Shown here one piece after another: positions 13,533 through 26,571 of a stretch of 64,000 nucleotides of DNA. The stretch spans positions 38,254,001 to 38,318,000 of the forward strand of contig CM022665.1 of the NCBI GenBank assembly GCA_012295275.1. Direction: 5' to 3'. Under the pieces are notes generated by a model. It was not told the origin of the DNA and made no database searches. It saw only the letters and a program-made list of their open reading frames with translations. The position numbers and the translations under genes were made by a program. This stretch comes from Chrysomallon squamiferum (Eukaryota; Animalia; Mollusca). Each line of letters starts with the position of its first letter. Within the stretch, counting starts at the first letter, position 1.

Positions 13533-14006
13533 GCTGATATACTGTAATACAAAGACTTGTTTATCTACAAAATAATACATGGTGTATACACAGAGATGAT
13601 TTATATAAATGACTCATTTTGACTCATTAGATAGGCCAGGGAACACTTGTTATATCATAAATCAAGTCAAGTGTACACTGATTTATTATTCTCTTTACAC
13701 AAAGTTACTGTTAAAAAATAATTATAGGTTTAATATGTAATAATTATTGCATAAAATAACTAATATTATTTTATTACCTTAAATTATAATTTATGGTGTC
13801 TAGTATGTTCAATTTTGATATAATGTTATTCAGTTCTCAAAGTCCCATAAAACAGATGAGTGCACAATACAGGTTTTATTAAAGTGACTTAAAGGCTTAA
13901 AGAATGAATGCTGAGAAACTGTTAATGACATTTCAGCCATGTTTTAATATTTAATATTTTAATGATAATATGATTATTAGTAATTTTTTTTTTTTTTTAC
14001 AGTATT

Positions 14007-14130
14007 AAACTCTTATATCTAGAGAAAATATATATATAGAGAGAGAGGACAAAACTATTAAAAAAACCCCTCTTATATCTACAGAAGATATATATATATA
14101 TATATATATAGGACAAAACTATCAAAAAAT
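14007..14130. repeat. ~60-bp tandem duplication
   Basis: CTCTTATATCTA...(TA)n...GGACAAAACTAT twice. Confidence 0.8.
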
Positions 14131-15322
14131 CTCCATTAAAACCTACCAAACCCTTCAAGCATCCCCAAATCCCAAGAACTCCTAAACACCTCCCCAAAAA
14201 ACCCATAGGCATTAAAATTAATAAAACCAAAAGTCTATACTGTGAAGATCACAGCTTAAAGAAAACATGCAACTTTAAAAGTAAGTAAACAGTGTAAAGG
14301 ATTAACACACATCAAAGACACATTCCCATACTGTTGTCAGTCTCTGTTTATATAATTCTTATTTAATCCATTTATTTTGCATCACCAGTCTTAAAACACA
14401 GTTGACAGATTCCTCAGTAAATATAACATGCTCCGTTTAAAATGTCTACCATTCCTGTGAATTACTTAGCAACAAAATGAAAAAATGTCCTAACACCTCT
14501 CAGCTAGTAGATTAATAAGAAAGGTGTCATCTAAGTTAGATAAATGATAAAAACATGTGAACGATATCAGAAGTTGTTGTCAGTGAGAAAAAGTAAAACG
14601 TTAAAAGTAACCAAATACCTGTGATAATTGTAATACTAGAAGATATCAATATCGGCAGACCATAATAATAGTCTTTATTTATTATTATTATTTTTATATA
14701 TATTGTTGTTACTATTTTTGTTATTGTTATGGTTATGATTATTATTATTTATTATTATTATGTTGTTGTTATTGCTAATAGTAGTTATAAGAGGACAATA
14801 ATAATATATAATTATATGTATTAGTGTATAAAAAACACACATACACGGACATACACACACTAATGCTTCACACATAGACTAATTTTGTTTCACACACACA
14901 CATACACACACTTTTGCTCTATTTCTCTGTTATTCTGTCACACACAAACACAGAGTCCATCTCTCTCTCTCTCTCACACACACACAAAAACAATACACAC
15001 ACGTGGGGCCAGACAGTCTAACAACAAAACAAAAACTAAACCGCACCACACCTTGCATATACACAATCAAATCATACAGGACATTTACAAGTGCATACAA
15101 GATGAATGGCTGAAATTACCCCCTGTGTGAAGTCTAACTGTCATAATACATCCATTAGCAGTACTGCTCAGACATAGTGCACTTTGTGTGTTCCAAGTTA
15201 ATAAGTCTGTTTAGTGACACTGACAAATTTTACCTACACAGTGGCTGACAATTTATATGAATTCTATAATTTGAAATCATGAATCATTTATCTTTTGTTG
15301 CAGATAATCTGTCTCTTGGAAA

Positions 15323-15570
15323 GGGAATGGGCAGCATAACCTAGTGATTAGAAAACTGGCCTGAGGCATGATAACTCACTAGATCAATTCTCATTACAGA
15401 AGCGATTGGAGCTTTTCGCATTCCAACCACAGCTCACTAATTTTTAAAGTATGTGATATATGCTTTCATGCTTATGAGAAGGTAAATAGAAAAGATCTCT
15501 TTTTGCTAACTGCTGTCTTTAGCATTTGTGATGCCATAAAACTGAGGACAATAATAAATAAATAAATAAA
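15323..15570 (+). mobile_element. Decayed tRNA-derived SINE (mollusc MESC-like)
   Basis: A-box-like GGGCAGCATAACCTAGTGATTAGA, B-box remnant AGATCAATTC, then ATTGGAGCTTTTCGCATTCCAACCA...AAAAGATCTCTTTTTTGCTAA collinear with a gastropod SINE body as I recall it; A-rich tail. Confidence 0.5.
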
Positions 15571-15649
15571 TATTTAAAATTCATTATACACAGTATTAAT
15601 AAAATGTTTTGATTTTGTTGTTAAACAAGTGTTTTCATTTATTTATCAA

Positions 15650-16740
15650 TTATTTCCTCATTGCTTTGGAACTGAATAAACATGTTATTTGACATTTATA
15701 AACATTAAAAGTTTTATTGTTAATTGCATTAATGCATGCAGTAAAGATGTAATTAATGTATTGATAACGTGGAAGTATGCAAAATGATTTTAAGTTATTT
15801 TTCATATAACCATAGATATATTTTAATTTATTTAAAGATTGTTCTTTATTTTTTGATATTCTCTTTGAATAATGTATGTTGTGAAGATAAATAAATTAAG
15901 TGAAGAGTTTATTTTTAACAAAGATTGGCTAAATGATTAAATTATTAACATGGAAGAAAACAAATTATATCTAGGCTATTTGTACATGTAACTAATCATA
16001 CTCTTTAAATATTATTTACTTATTTATTTATTCTTCTACTGGGTGGCACAACTTATGTTATGACATTTATACAAATTAGGAAGATCATTATCAGCTTTAT
16101 GTTTAGCAATGATTTATGTAACAAATAACATAGTAACATGGAAGAATACTATTTTTCCTTAGCACGAAAAATATACTTTAAAGAATTAAAATATATATGT
16201 ATATTCTGTCTCTTGGAAGAAATGTATGTTGTTTCAGTTATAGAAATTAAGAGATTTGGTATCAACTTTAGGTTTAGCAAAGATCATATGTAATAAATAA
16301 ATTGTAACATGCAAAGATAATATTTTTTCTTTAAACATGTTTAAACTGTTGTTGTTTGTTTTTGTGTTTTTTGTTGCTGTCTTTTTTTTTTAATTTTCTC
16401 TCTGATGGAATAAAGACATGTTGTTACATTCACACAAAATAAAAGAATTAATGTCATATTTATAATTTAAAAAAATTGATGATAACAAACAGCTACTTGG
16501 AAAATATATTTAACATCAAAATATATTCATTATACATTTTAACATTTTACAAGTTTTTTTCCTATCCAGTGGAACAAACATGCAAAAAAAAAAAAAATTT
16601 TTCCTTAGTACCAAACATTTTTTAGTTTCTATTTGTTGTTTTTTTTTTTGTTTTTTTTCTGTCTTTTGGAACAAACATATGTTGTGACAGTCATAGAAAA
16701 TTAAGAGGATTTTGTTGATTTAGTTAGGGTGTGAGTCAAA
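15650..16740. repeat. Degenerate tandem array, ~170-190 bp period, ~6 copies
   Basis: AACATGGAAGA-like anchor at 15766, 15947, 16135, 16306, 16494; TTCT..TGGAA..ATGTTGT anchor at 15858, 16031, 16204, 16396, 16657. Confidence 0.7.
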
Positions 16741-17624
16741 AACTATCAATCATTTAAAAAAATATTTGATTATTTCTCCCAGGCTAGTAGAATCAAAAAA
16801 AATAAAAATAAAAATAAAAATAATAATAATAAAAATAAAAATACTGATAGAAATAAATGAAGGATCTAATTGACAACTATATCAAAATGTTACACCCACA
16901 GAAATGGGGGTTTCTAAGAAACATCACACGCACTTTGTTTTGTTATGTAATAAGACATGCTGGTTTATTTTCTGGCCAAATTTGTTCTGTTTGAAGTATG
17001 TGACGTTTCTTCGTGTACCATGTTTGCTTACACCTGTTCTTTCTGACAGGTAATCCAATTAAGTGTGAACAGTCTGGCCCTCAGCCATGTTTGTGACCTG
17101 TTCACACGTATACCTGTTAATAGTGGCACCCTTATTAACTGTCAGGTCTGTAATGAAAGTTACGAAGTGATAAGAGTTACGATTATAAATTATTTTTTAA
17201 AATAAGCGAGGAAATAATTAGAAAAAAGAAAAATCTATATAAGTGTAAATAATGTAAAAATAAATGTAATGATGATGATGGCGATGAAAACAATTATAAA
17301 AGTGACAACAATAACAGCATCAGTAATAATAATAACAACAACAACAACAACAACAACAATACCATCACCAACAGTAACAATAACAACAGTGATAATAAAA
17401 CAAAACAAAAACAAAAACAAAAACAATTAAACAAAAAATCAAATACAAAATTAAAACACATAAAAGTATCCTTTAGAATAAAAAAATCCTTGGGGACAGA
17501 CCATAAACAGTCTTCAGGATGTACAAAATTTCAGAAAATTTATTATCTGTTTGACAAAAAAAAGAAAAAATTATCAAACTATATTTTTAAAGTATTTCTG
17601 TGTGTATATGTGTGTGTGTGTGTA

Positions 17625-17656
<32 letters not shown>

Positions 17657-20600
17657 TTGGTTATTCTCTTTCAGGTTTACATTTCCATTTAATAAACAAA
17701 TGATTGACTCTGTGTATGAACAACAGTTATACAAAGGATGATAAAAACCAAACATGGTGTTGTATGCTGCAGATAAATTAAAATGCCTATAAACACACAT
17801 CAGCTCAGTTTTTATTTGCCATAAAATCTTTGAAAGTGCATAAAATTTAATGATCTGGAACCAAAGTGGATCACCCACCAAAATATTTTTTTAACTCTTT
17901 TTTTTTAAAAAGTTCTGAGCAATGAAACTTGCCAAATATAACAGGGTTTACATATATTTAAATTTGACTTCAGTGAGTATATTTTTCTGTTTGTATGTGT
18001 CTGTGTATATCTGTATATGTACATGTGTGTGTGTGTGTGTCTTTTTAAGGAATAAATATCTATCTTGATATGTATATTTGTATAATTATGTATATTTCTC
18101 TATATGCATGTATGTATATGCATTTGTAATTTGGTCTATATGTATATTATTATGTGTATAACAATATGTGTGTGTTTGTCTGTGTATAGATGTATATCTT
18201 TATCAGTACATAGATATGTATGTCTTGTTTATACATGTGAATGGTGTTTTTTCATAAATACATCAATTAATAACTGGTATTGAACAAAACATTAAAAAAA
18301 AAAAAACAATGCAAAAATACCCCAAACAAACAAAACTCATAAAAAAAACAATTTTCAAATATTACGTAACAGCACTGTCAGAGGACAGCCACTTTGATAT
18401 ACGATTTTTCTCTAAGTGGGGGACATTTTCATATTTGTTATTAACTGAATGTTATTCACTTCACATGTCAGTCATATTTATCTCATCATACATTACCAAT
18501 CATTTTTTAAAAAAATTTTTTTAAATATGTTGTTTTGTTGTTGTTGACAAAGGAACTCACGATCTCACTCTGAATGCAAGATCCTGGGGGTATAAGCTGG
18601 AGTTAGAGGTTTTTAAAAGTTTGGCTAACATCACGACGTTGCTTAAGTTTCTTACAGTTTGATTTATTAGTGGGTTATCAGGTTTCATTTTCAGGTTTTA
18701 AAAGGATCAAAGTTTAGTCTGATTAAGCAGAGAAAAAAGTCAATGTGTGGTGGGGGTTAGCTAAAGTTCTTTCTTTAAAAAAGACAAGAGAATGATTAAT
18801 AAATCTGATTCTATTTCAGTTTGGATTTAAAAAAATAATAATTTTTTATATAAATATCACTGCTTGTTATCTGTTTAAAGCTTTTGCGTACTGTAAATTA
18901 CAGCCACAATTTAAAAGGGAAAAAAGAAACTACTTCAAATATGAGTAACACACAGATTTTCTTGGATACTTAGTTTATTTAAAATTCAAATTTTTAATAA
19001 AGAAAATTAAAACAAAAGTATGAATCAATCATTTTGAAATGTGTTATTATCCATCATTTTAAACAGTAATTCTCAAAATGGTCTAGAATTAATCAGATAT
19101 CATAGGGAATCATCATTTCCATACACATAACACACTCACAGTCAAAAATAATTTTAAAAAATATATATATTAAAAATTAAAAACAAAATTAAGATTTATG
19201 CATTAAAATGTATTAAAAAATAAAAATAAAATAATGATAAACAACAAATGGCAGCAACAAAACAATTAATGTAAAAGAAAACTCTTAGTTTTATAAAATA
19301 ATAAATGTACATGGCATTCATCATCATCTATCTGTATGGGTTGAAGAACATTAATCTGTATGTTTCAGAGTCATTACAATGATCCATTAAGACTATTACT
19401 TTTATTTATATGACCAAATTAATAAAGAAAGTAAATATTTTATAGCCACGCACACACTCATGCAATCTAACCAGGAAGGAGAAATAAAAAAAGACGATGA
19501 AGAAAAAAGAAACTGAGTCTAGATCTCAAAAATAAAAGAAAAAAGAAAACAGAAACAGTTTTTGAAGTCTTGATCTCAGAAATAAATAAACTACAAACTT
19601 AAATTAGGCAGGTGGGAAGACAATAAAAAAATAAAAAATAAAAAAAATACCCCACACATTTTGTGTGATGAAGGTCTTTGAAATTTAATCTGAAAAATCA
19701 AATAACAATGCTATCAAACAGCAGTTAATGTATAGAGTGACTGTGCATGAAAAGAAAGTATACTGAAGTTATATCACATCTCTATTGACAAAATGAGAAC
19801 ATTTCAACACCTGACTATGACTAAGTGAAAAAAGATAATGACAAGAAAAAAAGAAAAGAAAACAAAAATAACATCAGCAATTTAAATTAAAAAAAAAATT
19901 AAAAAATTAAAAATTAAAAATAAATATAAAAATTAAAAATAATAATAATAAAAAAAAATCATAATAATAATGACTGGAAAAAGGAATTGCAGAAAAAAAG
20001 TTTATATAAATTTCATTAAAAATTAGCAACAAAACATATATATGTAATAAACATTTTTCTAAGAACATTTATTTATTGTTACAGACATCAAATCTACATT
20101 TTTGTTACTTGAATGTTATTGCATTTTGAGCAGAGTTAAATACACATTAAAATAAATAAATATTTAGCTCTAATTTTATTTTAAAATTTTTAAAATGTTT
20201 AAAAAAAATTATGGACTCCAAAATGCTACTAATTTTATTTGAATTATTAATTCATTGCTTAAAACCCAAATATTATTTCCTTATACAAACAATAACAAAG
20301 AAAGATATTCAGCAATAAATAATTCTGTTTTCTGTTCCACTGGCAGATTTAACTATAACAGGACTTAAAAGGAGAAATCAAGCCACCAAGCTAACTACCC
20401 CTAACATGAAGGTGTCACACACAAAACTCCAGGTGAGATAAACATAGAGGCAGACAGGATTAAACCTTAATCAGGCAGAAAACAGCATTCTTTTTATTAT
20501 CTAAATTCCTAAACTCGGGTGATGATCTCCAGCTGGTTGACCCCAGGGTGGTTTTCATTGTGTTAGAAATACAGATAATTAGAACAATTTACCAGCCGGC

Positions 20601-21509
20601 TTGACCACGGTGTCAAAGGTGTTTTTTTGTTGTTGTTTTTTAAATCTTATATGTTTTTCATTGCATTAGTAATACACATTAATAGAAAAATTTACTAAGT
20701 AGCTTCACTATGATAACATAATTTTTTTCTGAAAAAAAAAAAAAAAACAACTGATATATCTATTTCTTTGCATTAGAAAGATTTATAAAATGACCTGATC
20801 ATGGTGTCACAGGCTTTTAGAAGAAAGAAAAAATAAATCGTTTGATCTGAATTGACTATTACTTCCAGGTAATGCTTACGTGTAGATAGTTATACATTGC
20901 ATTACATCAACTGAGCAGAAGCAGATGGAAATTAAGTATACATTACCTTTTTTTTTCTTTTATGATGAGTGCCCTTTAATTTTGTTCAAAGCTTTTTACA
21001 GAATGATTGTTCAGTTGAGTAATTATGAATCTGTTTATACTTGATCACATTTCCATGTAAAGGTCGTGACCTAGCTTTTAGCCATTCCCTCCTGCAGTTT
21101 GATAGACTATGCATATAACTGAACCAGACAACATAACCCTACTAGTTATTGAGATGTATTGCATAATTAACAACAACAACAATAACAAAAGGTTTACCCC
21201 CTGTAGATGACCGATTTCAGTCTGTCAGCAAAATGACATTTTGAGTATTTTGATGAAATCTGATAGCTGCCAACAATTAACAGCTTAATGTATTATGCTA
21301 CTAGTATATGAAATCATTTGGACATATGTTGTAAGGTCACCCTGCACCAAAGGATTTCTCACCGATGACATGTCAGAATAGTACAGTTAATTTGTGTGTG
21401 TGTGTGTGTGTGTTTGTTTGTACACACAAATATATAATATGATGATAATGTATCAGTACGCACATACACACACAGAGAATATATATATATATATATATAG
21501 ATACATACA

Positions 21510-21700
21510 TATTCTTCTGTTTTCCACTTAGATATACTTCAAATACACTGTTCTAAAAAAATGTATTATATACATATATATATTTTTTGTTTTCCTTCAG
21601 ACATATTTAAAATACATCATTCTTAAAACATTTATTACATATATATATATATTTTTCTTTTTCACTTAGATGTAATTAAAATACACTATTCTTACAAAAT
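21510..21700. repeat. ~70-bp tandem repeat, 3 copies
   Basis: TTTYCACTTAGA...AAATACAC..TTCT units separated by (TA)n. Confidence 0.7.
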
Positions 21701-22783
21701 AAAGTTCACTAAAAGAGCCATAACAATCTATTGTTTTATTTTGCATAACCAACTACTGAAGTATTTGCATTTGGAACATTCTTTGATATAAATGTTGGTA
21801 TGACCAACATTTATTCAGAAAAAATGATCTGGATTTCTAAAATTTTCCAGTTTTCTTTACCAAGGCATAATACATACTTAAAATACAAAATAAACAATGG
21901 ACAGTAAAGAACAAAATTTTATTTAACACATACAAATTAATGCACTTCTAAAACCAGTTTTCTGGAAGCCAGACAAATGATCTGATACTGTATCAAATTT
22001 CTTGTAGTTTTTCTAGTCTTAGTGTTGGAATCTCTTTTTGTTATTTAGCAGTATGGAATGTTTTAAATGCATCTTTCCATAAGCAGATTGGTACACACCA
22101 TAACCTTTGATAAATCAGTCATATTGCGCTGGCAAGAAAAAGAAAAAGTCCAATGACACATAGAAAAGGACAGATGTTGTGTTTTCTCATACTCACAGCC
22201 AGCATAGTAACTGCAAAGCTACACCCTCTCAAAAGTATCTTTTAAACTATTGATAACTTGATATATGGCTCATTAACCCATCAAGTAGAACAGATCCTGA
22301 AACCTACTAAATAGATCTGAACAGGTAACCTTAATCTCGCCCAGTCTGTATAGACTATTTGCTGAATGTCTGTATTAACCTCACAATGATAAACAGTCAA
22401 ACAAAAATAAATCAATTACTAAGTGAATCTGGTGATATAGACAAATCACACACATGCTGATAACAGGCACAACAGCCAGCTCTGTGTATGATATACAACT
22501 TTCATTTGATGGTGTTAATAATAATTTTAACTGACAACAAAACAAGGAAAAAGAACAGACAATAAATAAAAGTTTATTAAATCTTTTACAAAACAGTTGT
22601 ATACTTATGGCTTATAGCTGCTGCTAGTGTCAGAGTAATATATGGTGGTAAGCAGATGAATGTGTTCACTAACTCAATAACCTAGTAAATTATCTTCAAT
22701 TCTAGCAACAAATATATTTGCTTATCACCATTTTGATATATTTCTCTCTCTCTCTCTCTCCCCTCCCATCTCTCTCTACAATT

Positions 22784-22822
<39 letters not shown>

Positions 22823-23100
22823 GCAATACTGCAATACAAATATTTTAAGTGCTAAGCATATATAAAATATATATAAACATTACATTTTTTCTTGATCTTT
22901 GTCTATCAAGGAATTTTTTATATTCATCACTTTAAAAAGTAAACAAATTTGTAGTGATTCATTCAGTCTGTATACTGAATTTCAGATATATAAAACACAT
23001 TTAGATTAGTTATTTATATATCAGAAGGTACCCTTTAATTGCAGTATGTAAATGAAAGCAAAGAACCTGACTCATATTTGTACAAAGGAAAAGGAAAAGG

Positions 23101-23135
<35 letters not shown>

Positions 23136-24304
23136 ACAAAAAAAGAAAAAAGGTTTACACTGACTTTTAAAAACGTGACACTGGAAAAAAAAAAAAAAAA
23201 AAAAAAGTGACTCAGTTACCTCATGTATCATGTAATTATAATAAAAAGATTTTACTTAAAAATGAGTCACAGGATAATTTAATGCCTCGTAATATTGATG
23301 CACATCTTTTCTGAATGTTTTTCTTTTCTGAAGTTATCTGTTTGATCCTGACCTGAATTTGAACTTTAAAAAAAATAAATAAAAATAAAAAATAGAAAAC
23401 ATGACTGAATGTTATTACTTCTGATGTCAAGCTAAAATAACTAAACACTGAAAGTAAACGTGAATTGATGGATGGATGAATGGATGGATGGACATTTAGT
23501 AGAACAATCCATCAAAGTCTCACAAATATGCTGACTTTGTTAGTCATCTGCAATAAATTAACAAAACTATTTCTGACAATCAGAATCAAATACATATTAT
23601 ATGTGTATGTGTCTGAGTATGTATATGTATAATTATATATATAAAATAATTATAATAATTATAAAAATATATGTAAGTAAATATAAAATAAAACAGAATT
23701 ATAATAAAAATGAAAACAAAAATGAAAAAATTTAAATGTTTAGGGTTAATGTATCTCAATATGGGCAAGATAAAAGAGGTTTTTGATGGGTATAAATAAA
23801 GAGCACAAACACATTTGTATACCTCCATATAACTTTTATTTGTTTACAGATACCAATCCTTGCTAAAGACAAATTATAACAAAACAGCTCTATGTGATTT
23901 GGAATGTGAATATCACTTAACATATAAATATTACAGTTCATCCAATGAATATGTGTATTAAAACAATAATAATAAATTCATATAAGATTTTTTTTTTTTT
24001 TACATCACAACCACAGGTGGGGGGAAAAAAATGTAATTACAGTGGAGACATAGTCTTTTGTGACTTTTTCTTTCAAAAAAGAATGGTTTTTATTTTTCTA
24101 TTTTGTATTATCACATTTGATTAAACAGTTAACAATAATAAGATTTAAAATGCACATAAAATGACATTTCATTTTTTCTTTTCTAATATTGGTAGCAAAC
24201 ATAACATTTCTTAATCACAACATTAAGAAAAAAAAAATGTATAAGAAACTTAAGTGTTTGCTTTAATTAATAACATATTTTTTACTAAAAATATTACATA
24301 TCAA

Positions 24305-24525
24305 ACAACCATTATTCCTGAGATACAGGCTTCATTTTTTCCTCAATAACAACAAGGGGATCATATGAGTGAACCTCTCCAAAGAGAAGAAAAAACATAC
24401 CAGTGCCTTTGACAATTCATGGAGTTGTCTCTGGAACTGGAAAAAACCTGATAAATATACTTTATGAGGACTGATGTTGTGAATAAAATACATCTCAAAG
24501 TAATGCTCTAAATACTGAGCTAAAC
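24305..24525 (-). mobile_element. Decayed tRNA-derived SINE copy, reverse orientation
   Basis: Plus strand CAACAAGGGGATC...ACATACCAGTGCCTTTGA...CTGGAAC...GCTCTAAATACTGAGCTA is the reverse complement of the layout seen at 15323. Confidence 0.45.
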
Positions 24526-25741
24526 ACAGTAATAATCTGTTAAATACACATCACTACCATACGCCACATACATATATATATATATATATATAAAAAAACA
24601 GTAAAGATGTACAGGCTACAAATTGTACCAATGCCTTGGTTGCCCTTCACACTTGCCTTGGTGTCTCAAAACAACTATGGCAGCCTTATCTGGTTTACCA
24701 TTAATTCACTGTATCAAATAAAAGTGATAAAAAACACCTTTGTTTTTGGCTTTTTAAAAAAATGCTTTGCTTTACAACTTCTGCCAGCAGAACATTTGTA
24801 GGGTAGCATTGTGGATATGGCTGTATTTGCATGTGACACTTCATGGAATGAGGTCAGTATTATGTTAGTTAGGTATTTCTGTTATTTTTACTTTTTTATT
24901 AGACATGCCATGGAGACTAACTTGGCAGTCATCAAATATCCCAAATAAAAATGAATTTTTTTTAGGTTGGAATGATTCAGATAAAAGGAGTTTTGATTAG
25001 TTATTGGACATGAACTTCAATTTCTTCTGTGAAAAGATAAAAGTTCCTTTGTGTTCTAACATTTCTGATTAAACCCAAGGCAAATTTCCAAAGCCTGTAC
25101 ACACACAACAAATATTAATGAATTTACTTCTGACATATGAATGGACTTTCTATTTTGTGGTTGTCACTTTGTCCCTAATAAAAACATAAGAAGTTGTTTT
25201 CAGTTTAACACAATATATATATAGACTATACCTATGCATCTGTCAAATAACAATGACATTGTTGGAAATAGGTAATTTTTGAGAATGTTTTCGTGCACAA
25301 ATATCCGTTTTCAAAGCATTCTAGATATATAGAAATTCAGGAGTTAAATAAATACATATACATTTCTTTCTTTGAAAAGTTATTGAACATTCTCAAAAAC
25401 ACACTACATCCAAGATATCTTATTTCATTTTACTCTAAACTAAAAATATAAAAATTGTGGTTAGCATAAATTGGACAACATAATATTTGCAGGGTATAGT
25501 TAATTTAACTGCTATGACAACTTATTTGTTATGCTTTGTGGTCACTATTTCTTGAACATGGAGTTGATGATATGCTGGCAAGAACAGTCAATTTATTTAA
25601 TAAAATTTGTAGTCTCCCTTAAATGTCTTCATAAAAATATCTACAAATCATAAATCTTCATGACCTTTTGCCTTTGTATATTTTCCATAAATTAAATAAA
25701 GAATTCAAAAAATGTTTTGCTTTTTAAAAACACCAGAGAAT

Positions 25742-26091
25742 TCAGGTTGTTGAAATGTTCAGATCAGACTTGTTTATTACTTTTTCTGCATTAGTATCTT
25801 CAATTTTTTCACTGCTTTCAGTCAACAAAGATTTTGACAAAGCGTCCTCCTTTAACAAATGAACAAGTTCCTCAGAATTAACAGCTTGTCTCTCTGGATG
25901 TAAACGTCTTTGTAAAAATGCACCAGCAGAAGGTTCTATGACATCTACAGAAAAATCCAGCATTCTGCTGCCACTGTCAGTATTCAAGAAAGTTGACATT
26001 TGGTCGTCACGAACCCTATTAAGTGAATCAATCATTTCCTTAGTTGTTGGTTCTTTGGCTGTTTTACCTTTTATTCTGTTAAGTTTCTTTT
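25742..26091 (-). CDS. CCDC32: CCDC32 coding exon 2
   Basis: CAG acceptor; (E)KKLNRIKG...LNISTT*; contains ORF 25742..26035. Confidence 0.9.
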
Positions 26092-26571
26092 CTGTGGGGG
26101 GAAAAAAAATTCTTGATGTTATTAAACATTCAAATTGTCAAATAAAAAAAATGTATATCACTTTTATTTATTAAACAGTTGTACATAAACTACAACTTTT
26201 GGAAACTGAATTCAATATTTAAATAATTTATGTGACTGATGCCTTTATTATGTTTCAGAATATTATTCATTATCTTGAGATTAATTTTTTTTTTTAAATA
26301 ATAATAACAACAACGAAAAATACTGGACGGTAGATGCTGAACTAGCAAACCTAAAATAGTTTCATATTATTATTAAACAGTAAAAAATAAAATAATTATA
26401 ATAATAATAATTAACATTCACTGACTAAGTACCTAAAGAATCAATGTAGTTTTCAGAGCTAATAAAAGAATATTTTGGATCATTTGGTGCTGTCTGTAAC
26501 CGTGCTATTTCGATAGGTACCCATGGATCTTTGTGCTGCATAAAAGAAGCTAGTGGTTGCTGATTTTCCAT
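25742..26571 (-). CDS. CCDC32: Coiled-coil domain-containing protein 32 (C15orf57 family, AP2 assembly factor); 2 coding exons 26571-26433 and 26091-25742; 162 aa
   Basis: Spliced translation MENQQPLASFMQHKDPWVPIEIARLQTAPNDPKYSFISSENYIDSL/EKKLNRIKGKTAKEPTTKEMIDSL...FLQRRLHPERQAVNSEELVHLL... matches human CCDC32 as I recall it (SEVYLASLEKKLRRIKG...TSKDML...KRWLQPDKVAVSTEEVQYLI). GT-AG phase-1 intron 26432-26092; 139+350 nt = 163 codons including stop. Confidence 0.9.
26433..26571 (-). CDS. CCDC32: CCDC32 coding exon 1
   Basis: ATG at 26571; MENQQ...SENYIDSL+G; donor GTACTT. Confidence 0.85.

Noticed and set aside
15650-16740. CRISPR-like repeat-spacer interpretation of the array
   Set aside because: Eukaryotic context, highly diverged long units, no cas genes
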